Below, piece by piece: positions 37,990 through 48,052 of a stretch of DNA of 64,000 nt. Under the pieces are notes generated by a model that worked only from the letters and a program-made list of their open reading frames with translations, did no database searches and was not told the DNA's origin. Position 1 is the stretch's first letter. The number at the start of each line of letters is the position of its first letter. A program made the position numbers and the translations under genes. Source of the DNA: a virus; IMG/VR virus record IMGVR_UViG_3300037231_000129, positions 34,025 to 98,024 of that record; one strand, written 5' to 3'.

Positions 37990-38292
37990 GTGCATCATCT
38001 TATCATCCACAATCCAGAAGGGTTCGCAGCGTTCACCGCCGCGGCCCACGAACGCGGCAAGTCAGCCGATTTCGCGCTGGCCTGGACGCGCTTGACCTGT
38101 CTGTTATTTGGCTATTTCGACCCGGACAATCCGGGGCGATCCATCGAGATCACATTTCCCGTGGATCAGACCCGCTCGATCCTCTGGGCGGTCTTCGATC
38201 CCTCGTACACACGCGGCCCCCGGCCGGGCATTCGGCTCGCCGGGGCCATGCTCTTTCACGAATCCGATCAGACCTGGGGGATCCACACATGA
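37990..38292 (+). CDS. hypothetical protein
   Basis: GAGGAG SD within B17, GTG start. Confidence 0.65.
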   Translation: MHHLIIHNPEGFAAFTAAAHERGKSADFALAWTRLTCLLFGYFDPDNPGRSIEITFPVDQTRSILWAVFDPSYTRGPRPGIRLAGAMLFHESDQTWGIHT

Positions 38293-39268
38293 ATTCCACG
38301 GTCATCGGGCTCGATCATCCGGAGGTCATCAAACTCCGGACCGAGTTCAAAAACATCTGCACAAACGCTGCCGGTAAGGGGGCCGAGGCCATGAAAGCCG
38401 AGCTCATTCGAAAACCGGCGCTGTACTGGCCCTCGAGGATGACAGCCGCAAATCGCGACCGTCTCATCGAAATCTACATGCGAGCATTCGACGCCGAAAT
38501 GCAGCGTCGCCTGCCACAGCTCGCAAATATCGACCATGACCTGCATGCGCTCTGTGCCGAATGGCCGCTCCACAGCATCGAGGAGCTGCTCAAACGGCCC
38601 GATCCGCCGAAAGTCGGAGGTTTCGGATGAGACGCATCACACGGGCCATGCACGATCGCTGCCTCCGGCTCGCCATCGAGAAGAAGACGAGCTTGACCGA
38701 GGCCGATATGCGGACGCTCAACCTGGTCGCTTCCGGCTGGGCGGCCGATCTCGAAGTGACCGCGCTCGAATACGACGCGGCCAAAGCTATTCTCAAGCGA
38801 AATGAAGGGACTACCCCATGACCGAAACCTACGCTGAACACCTGGCCTGGGCGAAAGCCCGGGCTCTGGAATACATGGACCTTGGCGAGCTCGAGATGGC
38901 CGTCTCGTCCATGACGAACGACATGACCAAGCATATGGACAGCGACCAGGCCGTTGCCCAGGCCATGGCAGGCACCCGCCTGCTGCTGGCCGAGAGCCTC
39001 TCGGAAAAGGCGATCCGCGCTTGGATCGAGGCATTCCGATGAACGACAATTCCGACGGCGGCTACGTTTTCGGTCTGTCTGACTGCCTGATCTGCCAGAA
39101 GTCCTTCCCCTACAACCCACATCGGGTCCCGAGTTTTCGGATCGATGGGGTGAAGGAACCGGTCTGCGGATCCTGTATGGTCGAGGTCAACGCCGAGCGG
39201 GAGAAGCTGGGTCTCGAAGCGTTCGTCATCCCGACGGACGCCTACGAGCCGATCCCGGTGGGCGAGCT

Positions 39269-39670
39269 ATGAGGAAACGCAATTACGATGGTTGCCTTCG
39301 CGGTCGCATGACCGTGGCGGAAAAAACAGCCATCGAGGATCTGGCCGACCAGGGATGGAAGGCCGCTCGCATTGCTCAGCGGCTCAACCGTCATCCCGGC
39401 ACCGTTTCCCACCATATGACGGTGAACGGGTTTCGCCTGGTCATCATGCGGCCGCTCAAACCTTACGTCCGCAACGGCTCGACCGTTGTTTCCTTCACGA
39501 AGGTTGAAGACACCTTCATTGAGGAACGCGCACTCGCCGGCCTGAAAAACCGTCAGATCTGCGCGGAAATCTACCGGCGCTTCGGCCACACGCGCAGTCC
39601 TCATACGATCGCCTATCGGCTTCGTATGATCGCGGCGACGGCCGAATTCGAAGCGGAGCATGCAGCATGA
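39269..39670 (+). CDS. helix-turn-helix protein
   Basis: MT..EK..IE.L..QGW.AARIAQRLNRHPGTV. Confidence 0.6.
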   Translation: MRKRNYDGCLRGRMTVAEKTAIEDLADQGWKAARIAQRLNRHPGTVSHHMTVNGFRLVIMRPLKPYVRNGSTVVSFTKVEDTFIEERALAGLKNRQICAEIYRRFGHTRSPHTIAYRLRMIAATAEFEAEHAA

Positions 39671-39850
39671 CCGAAACCGCAACTCCGAAGCCTCAGTTGA
39701 GAGAAGCCTTAGACGATCTGGACGAAGTGTTCGGTGCCGTCTTCGGTCACAACGCAGGCGATGAGCCCAATCTCTTTGCTGACTATGATCGGGCCGTCGA
39801 AATGCAAGGCAAGATGCGGCGGGCGATTGCCACGCTGCGGGGGGCCGAGC

Positions 39851-40684
39851 ATGGTTGATGCTCCGAAACTGCCGTTCAATGACGCCCTGGAAAAGGTCGA
39901 GGTCAGCTATGACCTCGGCAATGGCACCGTCATAACCATGACGTTGCTTCAAGGCGACACCCCGGCCGGTGGCCGGCGCTGTGGCAGCTGCTCGCTATGC
40001 TGCCGCCTGGTGCCGGTCGCCACGCTCGGCAAACCGGGCAACACCAAATGTCGCTTCAGCCGCCAGCACCCGAAAGGGTGCTGCTCGGTCTATGCGACAC
40101 CTCAGCAGCCCATGGCCTGTCAAACCTGGTCCTGCCGCTGGTTGATCGACAAGGCGATCGACACGTCACGCCCCGATCGCGCCCACTACGTGATCGACGT
40201 GATGCCTGATCTCATCAAATCGGTCCGTGAGGACGGTGAGGTCAGGGAAGCGCCTGTGGTGCAGATCTGGCTCGATCCTGCCTATCCACTGGCACATCGC
40301 GATCCCAGGCTACGCGCCTGGGTCGAGGCCAACGCCCGGGAAACCGGGATGGCCGCGATCGTTCGGGTCAGTGCGCGAGACGCGTTTTTGCTGATCCCGC
40401 CGTACCTGCATTCCGATGGGGTGTGGGAGGAACGGGGCGCGAAGATTGTGGCAAAGACCGGCATGTGGAGCGAGGAATCCGGCGTCCTCACCAGGACCGA
40501 GGAAGCCTTGACGGAAGGATCCGTCTTGTTCCCGGTGCTGGATGAGGGCCGCAAGGACTTCAAACGCGCCGAGACGCTTTACCGCGACGACAGCTGTCTT
40601 GAACGAGACTGCGATCGTTGTGGCAAGCGGTATCGAGGCCCGGCGGTCTATTGCTGCCTGGCCTGCGCACTCGCCGACGCATGA
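39851..40684 (+). CDS. CxxCxxCC cysteine-cluster protein
   Basis: RCGSCSLCC...KP....C.....GCCSVY..P.AC..W.C.WL. Confidence 0.65.
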   Translation: MVDAPKLPFNDALEKVEVSYDLGNGTVITMTLLQGDTPAGGRRCGSCSLCCRLVPVATLGKPGNTKCRFSRQHPKGCCSVYATPQQPMACQTWSCRWLIDKAIDTSRPDRAHYVIDVMPDLIKSVREDGEVREAPVVQIWLDPAYPLAHRDPRLRAWVEANARETGMAAIVRVSARDAFLLIPPYLHSDGVWEERGAKIVAKTGMWSEESGVLTRTEEALTEGSVLFPVLDEGRKDFKRAETLYRDDSCLERDCDRCGKRYRGPAVYCCLACALADA

Positions 40685-40900
40685 CAATCCCAACCAAAGG
40701 AACGTCACCATGAAACCGTTGGAAATTTATGCGGTGCTTGAAGAAGTCTATGAGAAAGTGCGGACGTTGTCCGGCAATTTCGAAAACGTCTCAGCTAATA
40801 GTGCCTTCGCGATAGGCGAAGCTTTGCGGCGTGCTCAGCAAAGCGAAAGCTCTTGTCGGGCGTGACATCGAAGACATACGCGAGCGCGACGCCTAAGACG

Positions 40901-40933
40901 AAAAGCCCCCAGGTTCGCGCCTGGGGGCTTTTT
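40901..40933. terminator. bidirectional intrinsic terminator between convergent early and virion operons
   Basis: AAAAGCCCCCAGG-ttcgcg-CCTGGGGGCTTTTT. Confidence 0.85.
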
Positions 40934-41327
40934 CGCGTCCATGTCGATTTTTGCCACCACAAATGAGGGGGCAAAACCGGAAGTAGCGCCCTATTTGAGC
41001 GCGCGAAGCCCGGCGGCGATGGCCTCGAGCGACGCGATATGTGTTCTGAATGTCGGCTCCAGACCGGCGATCTGGGTCAGGATCGCCGCCCGCGTCGGCG
41101 TTCCGGCGGCCGTCTGGGCCGTTGCACCGGTGATGGTGGAAGCGGCGGCCGGCATCGTCAGCGAGATGCGGATCGTGGCGAGCAGCTGGGTGAGCTGCTT
41201 CATCAGGAGAGCGCCCTGCATGGCTTGCCCGGCGAGCATCGTCGGCGTTGTGGCGGGTGCTGGCAGCAGGGCCCTGACCAGGTGCGGCGGCCGGCGCGGC
41301 AGTGGTGGCACGCTCATTGGGCACTCC

Positions 41328-42239
41328 TTACGTGATGACGCTGACGGCGGTCTCGATCAAAGGTGGAACAATGCTAGTGACCGTGAAAGTCTGCGATGTG
41401 CCGGCAACCCACGGCGCCGAGACGAAGGACGTAACCGTGGTCCATGTCGTCCCATCGGGCGAACTTTGCAGCGACCAGGCCTCAGGGGCCTGCGGCGGGG
41501 TGCCCGACGGTGGCGTAACGGGTAGTATGGTGACTTCAGCGATTGAGACGGATGCGCCAAACCCATAGGCCCACCAATTTGGTAACAAATTTCCAACCCA
41601 AGCGGTGGTCGTGTTGCCGTCGGAGGCTTGGGACGGCGGATAGAAGGTCGGCCAGCTGCCATCGTAAATGTCCTGAGCAAATGCAACACCACTGCCGATC
41701 AGGTTGGGACCTCCCACAGAAGCCGCCATCGAAACTTCAGCAAGGGCCGGGTAACTTCCGTAGACACTGCTTGTGAAGTAAATGCGCCAGAAACTATCGG
41801 CTAGAGGGGCAGCATTGAAGAGTGAATTGACTTCGAAGGTTTGTGTTGTTCCAGCAACCCATGTCGCGGATTGGAAAAATCCGATGGCCACCCAGTTAGT
41901 GTTATCGTCGGAATACTCAAGTTCCCAGACTTTTGGTGTTGTCGACGGGGTATCGGCTCGAGGCAAGATGACAACCTCAGCCACTGCCACCGCCGATCCA
42001 AAATCGTATGCCCACCATTGTTGCGTCACGGAACTCGACGCATTCCAATAGGTGGTGCCGTTACCGTCGCAGGCCTCCGCTGCCGTGGTGCCACCGGCGA
42101 AACTGGAAGCGGACGGCGTGCCGCTGCCGATCTGGTTAGCGCCTCCAACGGTCGCGGACATGCTTACTTCGGCGAGGCAAGGATAACTGCCGTAGTCATT
42201 GCTCTCGATGTAGATGCGCCAGTACCGGTGCGCGGTCAT
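41328..42239 (-). CDS. tandem discoidin (F5/8 type C)-like domain protein, putative receptor-binding
   Basis: two repeats of YWRIY..YP.LAEVSM..A.DGN.TT.W..WWAY.FG..P..W.L..S.D...W. Confidence 0.75.
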   Translation of the reverse strand: MTAHRYWRIYIESNDYGSYPCLAEVSMSATVGGANQIGSGTPSASSFAGGTTAAEACDGNGTTYWNASSSVTQQWWAYDFGSAVAVAEVVILPRADTPSTTPKVWELEYSDDNTNWVAIGFFQSATWVAGTTQTFEVNSLFNAAPLADSFWRIYFTSSVYGSYPALAEVSMAASVGGPNLIGSGVAFAQDIYDGSWPTFYPPSQASDGNTTTAWVGNLLPNWWAYGFGASVSIAEVTILPVTPPSGTPPQAPEAWSLQSSPDGTTWTTVTSFVSAPWVAGTSQTFTVTSIVPPLIETAVSVIT

Positions 42240-43984
42240 GCCCGTGTGCCCGCCAGCGTCGCACCGAACAACGCCAGCGTCGTATCCGGCGTCGTAGGGC
42301 CAATCCAGCGCATGAAATCGCCTGTGGCAAAGGCGGGTGTGCCGCCGCCCACGGTGGCGAAGGTCGCGGTGTGGCCGCCGGCGGCCATTGTCATCGTGCC
42401 CACCGTGGTCCAGGAGCCGGACACCGTTGGGTCGTCGGCGGCCGGGCAATGGTCGATGTTGATGACGGCACTCGCCGTGGCGTCGATGAAGCTACCGCCC
42501 GAAGAGGCCGGACCCATTGGCGTGGCGCCGAAATTGACTGGAAACGTCACAGCGATGCCGAAACAATGGGCCAGAATGATCTGGCTGGCGGTGAATGGCG
42601 TGGCGCCGGTCGAGCCAGCCACGATGTAGGGCTGTTGGGCGATATGACCAGCAACGAGCGTGGTTATATTTGCAATATCTATAGTAGCTCCGCCGACGAC
42701 CTGAAGATTATCTAAGCCATTTTGAACGGTCGTGCCAATCATGACCACATTGCGAATTGACAGCTTCGTAGTGGCAACAGTAGTTCCGGTGTTAATGGTA
42801 TTAAAATTCAGTCCGGAACCGTTGTTGGTCGGCGTCCAATTCTCTGTTGCCAGCATATTAAGACCTGTGCCACTTACCCAAGCCGTTCCATTATAGCCTG
42901 CTCCAGAATATTGAAATAGATTATTACTATTGGATGTGGCCGTTGGCGCAGCTTGAGTTCCTCCCGATTGATATCCAACTAGCCGAGCGTTTGAGCCGTA
43001 GCCGTGTATGACTATCTGAGCAAGTTCCCCATCTTTGCCGAAAATCTCCTCGACCGATCCGGTCAAACCTGAAAGTGCAACTACGCTGTTGGCATTGATA
43101 ACCAGTGGCGCCGTAGTCGCTACCACGGCGAAGGTCGGCGACGGTTCGATAACAAGGCTGCCCCCGGAGAAACCAAGGTTGCCACCAACAGGAATCAAGC
43201 TTGCAGCGGCGGCGGTGCCTCCTGGATTGCCGATCAAGCTTTGCGCGGCAATCGTCGGCGACGAGATCGTGCCGGGGTTGCCGATCGAGCCGCCATTGAG
43301 AAACACGCTGGCAAGAACATCGATCGCGACCGTACCGGCTGGGCCAATTGAGCCGGGCGCGCCGGGGGTCCCGGGGGTGCCGGGTGGCCCGATGATGTTG
43401 CCTTCCAGATCGTAAGTGCCGGCGGCGTTCTGGTAGACGTTGCCCGTATTTACGTCGAGGTAGAGATCGGTATTCACCCCCAGCGTACCGGGCGGAACGC
43501 CGGTCCCGGTGTGCCACAACGAACCGGCGAGGCCTGTTAGACCGGTGGAACCCGTGAGACCGATGGAGCCTGGAACGCCAATCGATCCCTGCGGCCCCGG
43601 GCCGCCCGAGGCGAAGACGATGCAATTGGTGCCATCGCATTCGATCTGACCAGTGCTGCCGGCTGCCAGGACAACCGTCAAACCGGTGGGACCACCAACG
43701 GTCAGGCTTTCCGACGAGGAATTGTTGCGCACCGTGAAGACGCGCTGCGTCAGCGGGATCGTCAACGTGCCGGCTGCCGTCTGACCCGAACAAACAAAGA
43801 CCGCCGCGCGGGTGTACTGCGCCGCGCTGAGCGTTACCTCGTTGCTAATGGCGAAGCTGACCGGGATCTGTCCCTGGGTCGCAGCCTCGAGTGCCAGAAT
43901 CCCGTCGTTCTGGGTCGTCGTCTTGTTGGTTTGATCCGGCGCGGTCAGCGGAATGGCCAGGATCGGGGATACGGTGAGCGACAT
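42236..43984 (-). CDS. tail fibre protein with collagen-like repeats
   Basis: Q.NK..T.NDGI..LE N-terminus, G-X-Y repeats, position after tail tip. Confidence 0.75.
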   Translation of the reverse strand: MSLTVSPILAIPLTAPDQTNKTTTQNDGILALEAATQGQIPVSFAISNEVTLSAAQYTRAAVFVCSGQTAAGTLTIPLTQRVFTVRNNSSSESLTVGGPTGLTVVLAAGSTGQIECDGTNCIVFASGGPGPQGSIGVPGSIGLTGSTGLTGLAGSLWHTGTGVPPGTLGVNTDLYLDVNTGNVYQNAAGTYDLEGNIIGPPGTPGTPGAPGSIGPAGTVAIDVLASVFLNGGSIGNPGTISSPTIAAQSLIGNPGGTAAAASLIPVGGNLGFSGGSLVIEPSPTFAVVATTAPLVINANSVVALSGLTGSVEEIFGKDGELAQIVIHGYGSNARLVGYQSGGTQAAPTATSNSNNLFQYSGAGYNGTAWVSGTGLNMLATENWTPTNNGSGLNFNTINTGTTVATTKLSIRNVVMIGTTVQNGLDNLQVVGGATIDIANITTLVAGHIAQQPYIVAGSTGATPFTASQIILAHCFGIAVTFPVNFGATPMGPASSGGSFIDATASAVINIDHCPAADDPTVSGSWTTVGTMTMAAGGHTATFATVGGGTPAFATGDFMRWIGPTTPDTTLALFGATLAGTRA

Positions 43985-43995
43985 GTTCAATGACC

Positions 43996-46900
43996 TCAGA
44001 AGGGCGCGAGGGCTGCGTAAGCCTGGAATCCGCGACCGATCGCAGCGGAAATCTGGTAGCCGACCAGGTAGAGCGTCTCCGTCGCCGGCGTGAAGCCGTC
44101 CGCGGTCATCATCGCCGCGGTATAGGTGACCGTGGGCCCCGGAATTGCCAGGAAGCTCCGGACATAGGTCGCAGGTACTGTCGGATCGAACGCCGCCAGC
44201 GCCGCGGCATTCGCCAGCAGGTAGACCTGATACTGCTCGCTTTCCTCGCTCAGCGGCACCGTGTCGATGCCGTCCTGCTGCAGGCCTCCGATCCGGGTGC
44301 GCCGAACCCAGCTCAGCACCAGGTCGGCACCGCTCGCTGCTCGGGCGAACTGCACCGGGGCATACGGCTTCAGATCGTAGCCCTGGTAGACGAAGCTCTC
44401 GGTCGGGGTCTGTCCGGGCGTTCGGCCGGCCGGCGTCAGCTTCCAGAATTCGCCGACATTGAGTTGGGCCAGCGGCAGCTTGTTGCCGTAAACCGGGCCT
44501 GGCGCCAGAAACAGCACGGTTTCGCCCTCGCCATGGTCAGCGGCCGCCCAGTCCGTGCCGCGCACGCCGCGCAGCAGCGTCGAGAGGGTGAGTGAGCCGT
44601 CGGTGTTTTCGGTGACCGTTTGGAACTGGATGATCTCCGAACCGACCAGCGCCGGATTCACACCGTTCATCAGGTCGAGGTAGGCGCAGCTGCTGGGCGG
44701 CATCGCTCCCGGTGGCAACACCACCGTCAGGGTGCTGACATAATCGGTGGCGAACACCGCCGGCGGCGCGGCGAGGATGTTGCGCGCGCGGCCCCAGCTG
44801 ATGAACTGGGTCAGCGTGTCGAACGGCGGGAACGTCGAGCCATCGGTGCTTTTGTAGAGGTATTCGGCGGTGCCGGCCGCCAGGATCGTGCCGGAGCCTG
44901 CGGCGTAGTAGATCCGCGAGGCCGTCCCACCCAGGTCGTCGCTGTCCTCGAGCAGCGGCACGTTGAACAGGAACAACTCGCAGAAGACACCCGGGGTCAG
45001 CGTCTGGTTGGTGAAACTGACCGATGCGCCTGGCAGGGCTGACGGTTGGTAGACCGTGGAATTTTCCGACATCAGCGACAGCTGCATCGAAAAGTCGGCG
45101 CCGATCGCGTTCTCCTCGGCCCGCACGGTGTAGCTGTTGCCGTTGTCCAGCACGACAGTGATGACGTCGGTGGGATCGAGCGCCAGGTATTTCGGACTTA
45201 GAACAGTCGAGTACGTCTTGCGCTGGGCCCATAGCGTATAGAGCCATTTTTCGGCGATTTGCATCGCTTCGAGGTTGGTGGCGACGACCGGTAGATCGAC
45301 GGACTTCACCCGGCGGGAGAACTGCGTCGGTACCGGCAACGCGGTGCGCTTGGCGTAAGCCCCGCCGGGCTGGTAATCGAGATCGGGATCGGTATAGCGA
45401 ATGTTGAGCTGGAGCGGCAGCTCCTGCTCCTGCGCATCCTTGCCCTGCCAGAACTTCGATGGGTCGGCGGCATCGGTCGAACCCAGATCATCCTGGGTAA
45501 TGGTGAGAATCGAACCCTGACCTTTCGGCACGAATTTCAGCGTGTAGTCGCTCTCCACCATGTCGATTTGGTAGACGTTTAGCAGATCGGCGATGCATGC
45601 ACCGGCCGATTTGTTCTCGGTGATCGCGTAGCCGATGGTGGTCGCGGTGACCAGGCTGACGTCGATCTGTTCGGGGGAGAGGCCTGCCTTGGTGCATTGA
45701 TCGACGATGATCGAGGCGACCGGGTATTCGGCCCCGCTGTTTCGTTGCAAATAGATCAGATACAAGTTACCGCTGCCCGCGGCATTGATGATCGCGGAAC
45801 TGGAATTGCTGGAATAGGCGAAGGTGAAGGCGGGCAGGATCAGCGGATCTGGTCCGTCAAAGGCCGTGACAGCGCCGGCGTTGAGGTCGCCCTGCCAGTA
45901 GCCGCCGCCCGCGGTGCCCAGGTCGGTTTCGAAGTACTGGCCGCTAATCGGGGTCATCGGGAAACCGGCCGACGACCATTCAACCCCGCCGCCCGTGTTG
46001 AGCTTGATGGTGCGTCCCAGGGTCAGGTCAGTGATGAGCATGGTGTTGTCGGCGGCGTCGTAGACAGCGACGGTGCTCGGCCGCCATCCATACGGTGTTT
46101 CCACGCCGAAATCCGCAGCATGGTATGTGCCAACCGGGACCAGGGAAGTGTAGAAGGGAACGCCTCCCAGGGTCAGTCCAACCGAGGCGGCGACGGCGGT
46201 CACGGTCGAGATATAGACGTTGAGCTGGGGTCCATCGAGACCGATCTCCAGCGCACTGCCGCACATCCACCAAATATCGACCGTGCCCGCCGTCGGGTTT
46301 TGGTTGCCGACAATGGCGTCAGCCCAGCCACCTGCCCCCGAGTAAGGCATCGGCAGCGCAATTCCGGTGCCGTTGCTGAAATCGACGACCGAGAGATAGG
46401 CAAAGACCGATACGCAGGCGATGATCTCGAGCGAATTGCCGGTCGCGCTGGCCAGAGTCACGGCCGTCATTCTATCGATGTAATCGCCGCTTCCGGTTCC
46501 GGAAACGATGCTGACGCCTTCGCCGTTGGTTGGCGCGATGGTGGTGTGAACTTCCAGCGAATTCGGATCGACCAACGAAATTGTCGGCTGGGACCAGCCG
46601 ATGCCTTCGAAAGCGTCGCCGCCATAGAGGCTGACCCCGAGCTCGAGATCAACCGCAGCAATCGCTACCGAGGGAAACAAGGGATCGCCGGTGGAAAAGT
46701 AAGCTAACTCGACGCTGCTACCCGATACATAGACATTCCCGCCCTGGGCGCATGCCATGGTTTCCAGCGTGGGAAAGATGACGGAGTAGCCGACCATCAG
46801 CTGGGCGGTCTGTTGCGCTATGGCGCCGAAACAGATGCCGGTGGACATCGTAAAGCCGCGGATCGTGCCGTCGCCCGACAGCTGATAAACCACGCCGCGC

Positions 46901-47619
46901 ACCCAGTCGGTGACCACCGACTGCAAGCCGGTGTCCAGGGAGACATCCGGACTGGGCCGCACCAGCGGCGTGACCAGGGTGATATTGGCGACATTGCTCG
47001 ACACCGTTGCCGTGACGTTCGGGAACCGGTTGCCGAAATGGATCAGGTTGATCCCGGAAAACACCACGTACATCAGGCCGCGATAGGCCGGGCATGAGTA
47101 CGGCGGGCTGACGTGCTGGGCGACCCAGGCCGCCATCTCCACGTCCTGCATCTGATCTTCGCCGCCCTCGTAGATCCGCATCGGGAAGCTGTAGGACACC
47201 AGCTCTATCGGGTTCGCCGCGGTGCCGTCGTAGAACAGGTTCCCGTCGGTCCAGATCTGCAGCAGCTTGGCCGGCCCGACGCAGAATCCCAGCGCCGCGC
47301 TCTGGTAATAGTTGTAGGTCGAGGCCCCCATGCCCTTGCCGGCCTGCGGCGACGTGGTGATGGTCGATTCCCAGAAGATCGTCGCCGGAAGCCGCACGGT
47401 GCCGTAGATGATCGGAATGATGTGGCCGTACGAGCTGCCGGCGAATTGCATGTCCGGGATCAGCGGCTTGAGCGAGCGGTTGAACAGCATCGAGCCGACC
47501 AGGCCGCCTGCCATACCGCCGATCGCGCCACCGATCGGACCGCCGAGGAACGAGCCGGCAATGCTGCCGACCAGGCTTAGCGCGGTGGTTGCCAGTGAGC
47601 CGCCGCCGCCCTGCCCCAT
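43996..47619 (-). CDS. tail tip / host-specificity protein (GTA-like)
   Basis: SSYG..IPIIYGTVRL, PAYRGL.Y.VF, QEQELP, GSEIIQF, LLRG.RGT, LSWVRRTRIGG. Confidence 0.9.
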   Translation of the reverse strand: MGQGGGGSLATTALSLVGSIAGSFLGGPIGGAIGGMAGGLVGSMLFNRSLKPLIPDMQFAGSSYGHIIPIIYGTVRLPATIFWESTITTSPQAGKGMGASTYNYYQSAALGFCVGPAKLLQIWTDGNLFYDGTAANPIELVSYSFPMRIYEGGEDQMQDVEMAAWVAQHVSPPYSCPAYRGLMYVVFSGINLIHFGNRFPNVTATVSSNVANITLVTPLVRPSPDVSLDTGLQSVVTDWVRGVVYQLSGDGTIRGFTMSTGICFGAIAQQTAQLMVGYSVIFPTLETMACAQGGNVYVSGSSVELAYFSTGDPLFPSVAIAAVDLELGVSLYGGDAFEGIGWSQPTISLVDPNSLEVHTTIAPTNGEGVSIVSGTGSGDYIDRMTAVTLASATGNSLEIIACVSVFAYLSVVDFSNGTGIALPMPYSGAGGWADAIVGNQNPTAGTVDIWWMCGSALEIGLDGPQLNVYISTVTAVAASVGLTLGGVPFYTSLVPVGTYHAADFGVETPYGWRPSTVAVYDAADNTMLITDLTLGRTIKLNTGGGVEWSSAGFPMTPISGQYFETDLGTAGGGYWQGDLNAGAVTAFDGPDPLILPAFTFAYSSNSSSAIINAAGSGNLYLIYLQRNSGAEYPVASIIVDQCTKAGLSPEQIDVSLVTATTIGYAITENKSAGACIADLLNVYQIDMVESDYTLKFVPKGQGSILTITQDDLGSTDAADPSKFWQGKDAQEQELPLQLNIRYTDPDLDYQPGGAYAKRTALPVPTQFSRRVKSVDLPVVATNLEAMQIAEKWLYTLWAQRKTYSTVLSPKYLALDPTDVITVVLDNGNSYTVRAEENAIGADFSMQLSLMSENSTVYQPSALPGASVSFTNQTLTPGVFCELFLFNVPLLEDSDDLGGTASRIYYAAGSGTILAAGTAEYLYKSTDGSTFPPFDTLTQFISWGRARNILAAPPAVFATDYVSTLTVVLPPGAMPPSSCAYLDLMNGVNPALVGSEIIQFQTVTENTDGSLTLSTLLRGVRGTDWAAADHGEGETVLFLAPGPVYGNKLPLAQLNVGEFWKLTPAGRTPGQTPTESFVYQGYDLKPYAPVQFARAASGADLVLSWVRRTRIGGLQQDGIDTVPLSEESEQYQVYLLANAAALAAFDPTVPATYVRSFLAIPGPTVTYTAAMMTADGFTPATETLYLVGYQISAAIGRGFQAYAALAPF

Positions 47620-47620
47620 C

Positions 47621-48052
47621 TCAGTCTTCCACGCCCGGGAAGGCGAACAGCCCGATGAGCCGCAGCGAATCTTTCAGAACCGCGTTCCACGGCTCCTCGA
47701 CCACGCGGGCCGGGATCATGCGGGCATGCACTAGGTGCAGCATGCCATGCTTGACGGTGAAGATCCCGACATGGCCTGGCAGCCGCGCCTCGGCGAACAC
47801 GCCGACCGTGCCGGGCAGCGGCGTGTCGGTGTAGGCGATTGGGATCAGATCCTGGCTGAGACGACGCAGGATCAGCAGATCAGCGCTGGGCGTGCTCTTG
47901 TAGCCCGGTTCGTCGACATGCGGGACGGCGAGCGCCCGGCCGATCATCACCAGAAGCCCCAGGCAATCGACCCCGCGCATGCTGCGGCCCTGATCGCGAT
48001 ACCGGACGCCGTCCCACTTGCGCGCCTCGGCGACGATTTGGTCGCGGGTCAT
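47621..48052 (-). CDS. NlpC/P60 tail-associated peptidase
   Basis: IVAEARKW.G..Y..QGR...GVDCLGL ... HVGI ... VHA. Confidence 0.9.
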   Translation of the reverse strand: MTRDQIVAEARKWDGVRYRDQGRSMRGVDCLGLLVMIGRALAVPHVDEPGYKSTPSADLLILRRLSQDLIPIAYTDTPLPGTVGVFAEARLPGHVGIFTVKHGMLHLVHARMIPARVVEEPWNAVLKDSLRLIGLFAFPGVED

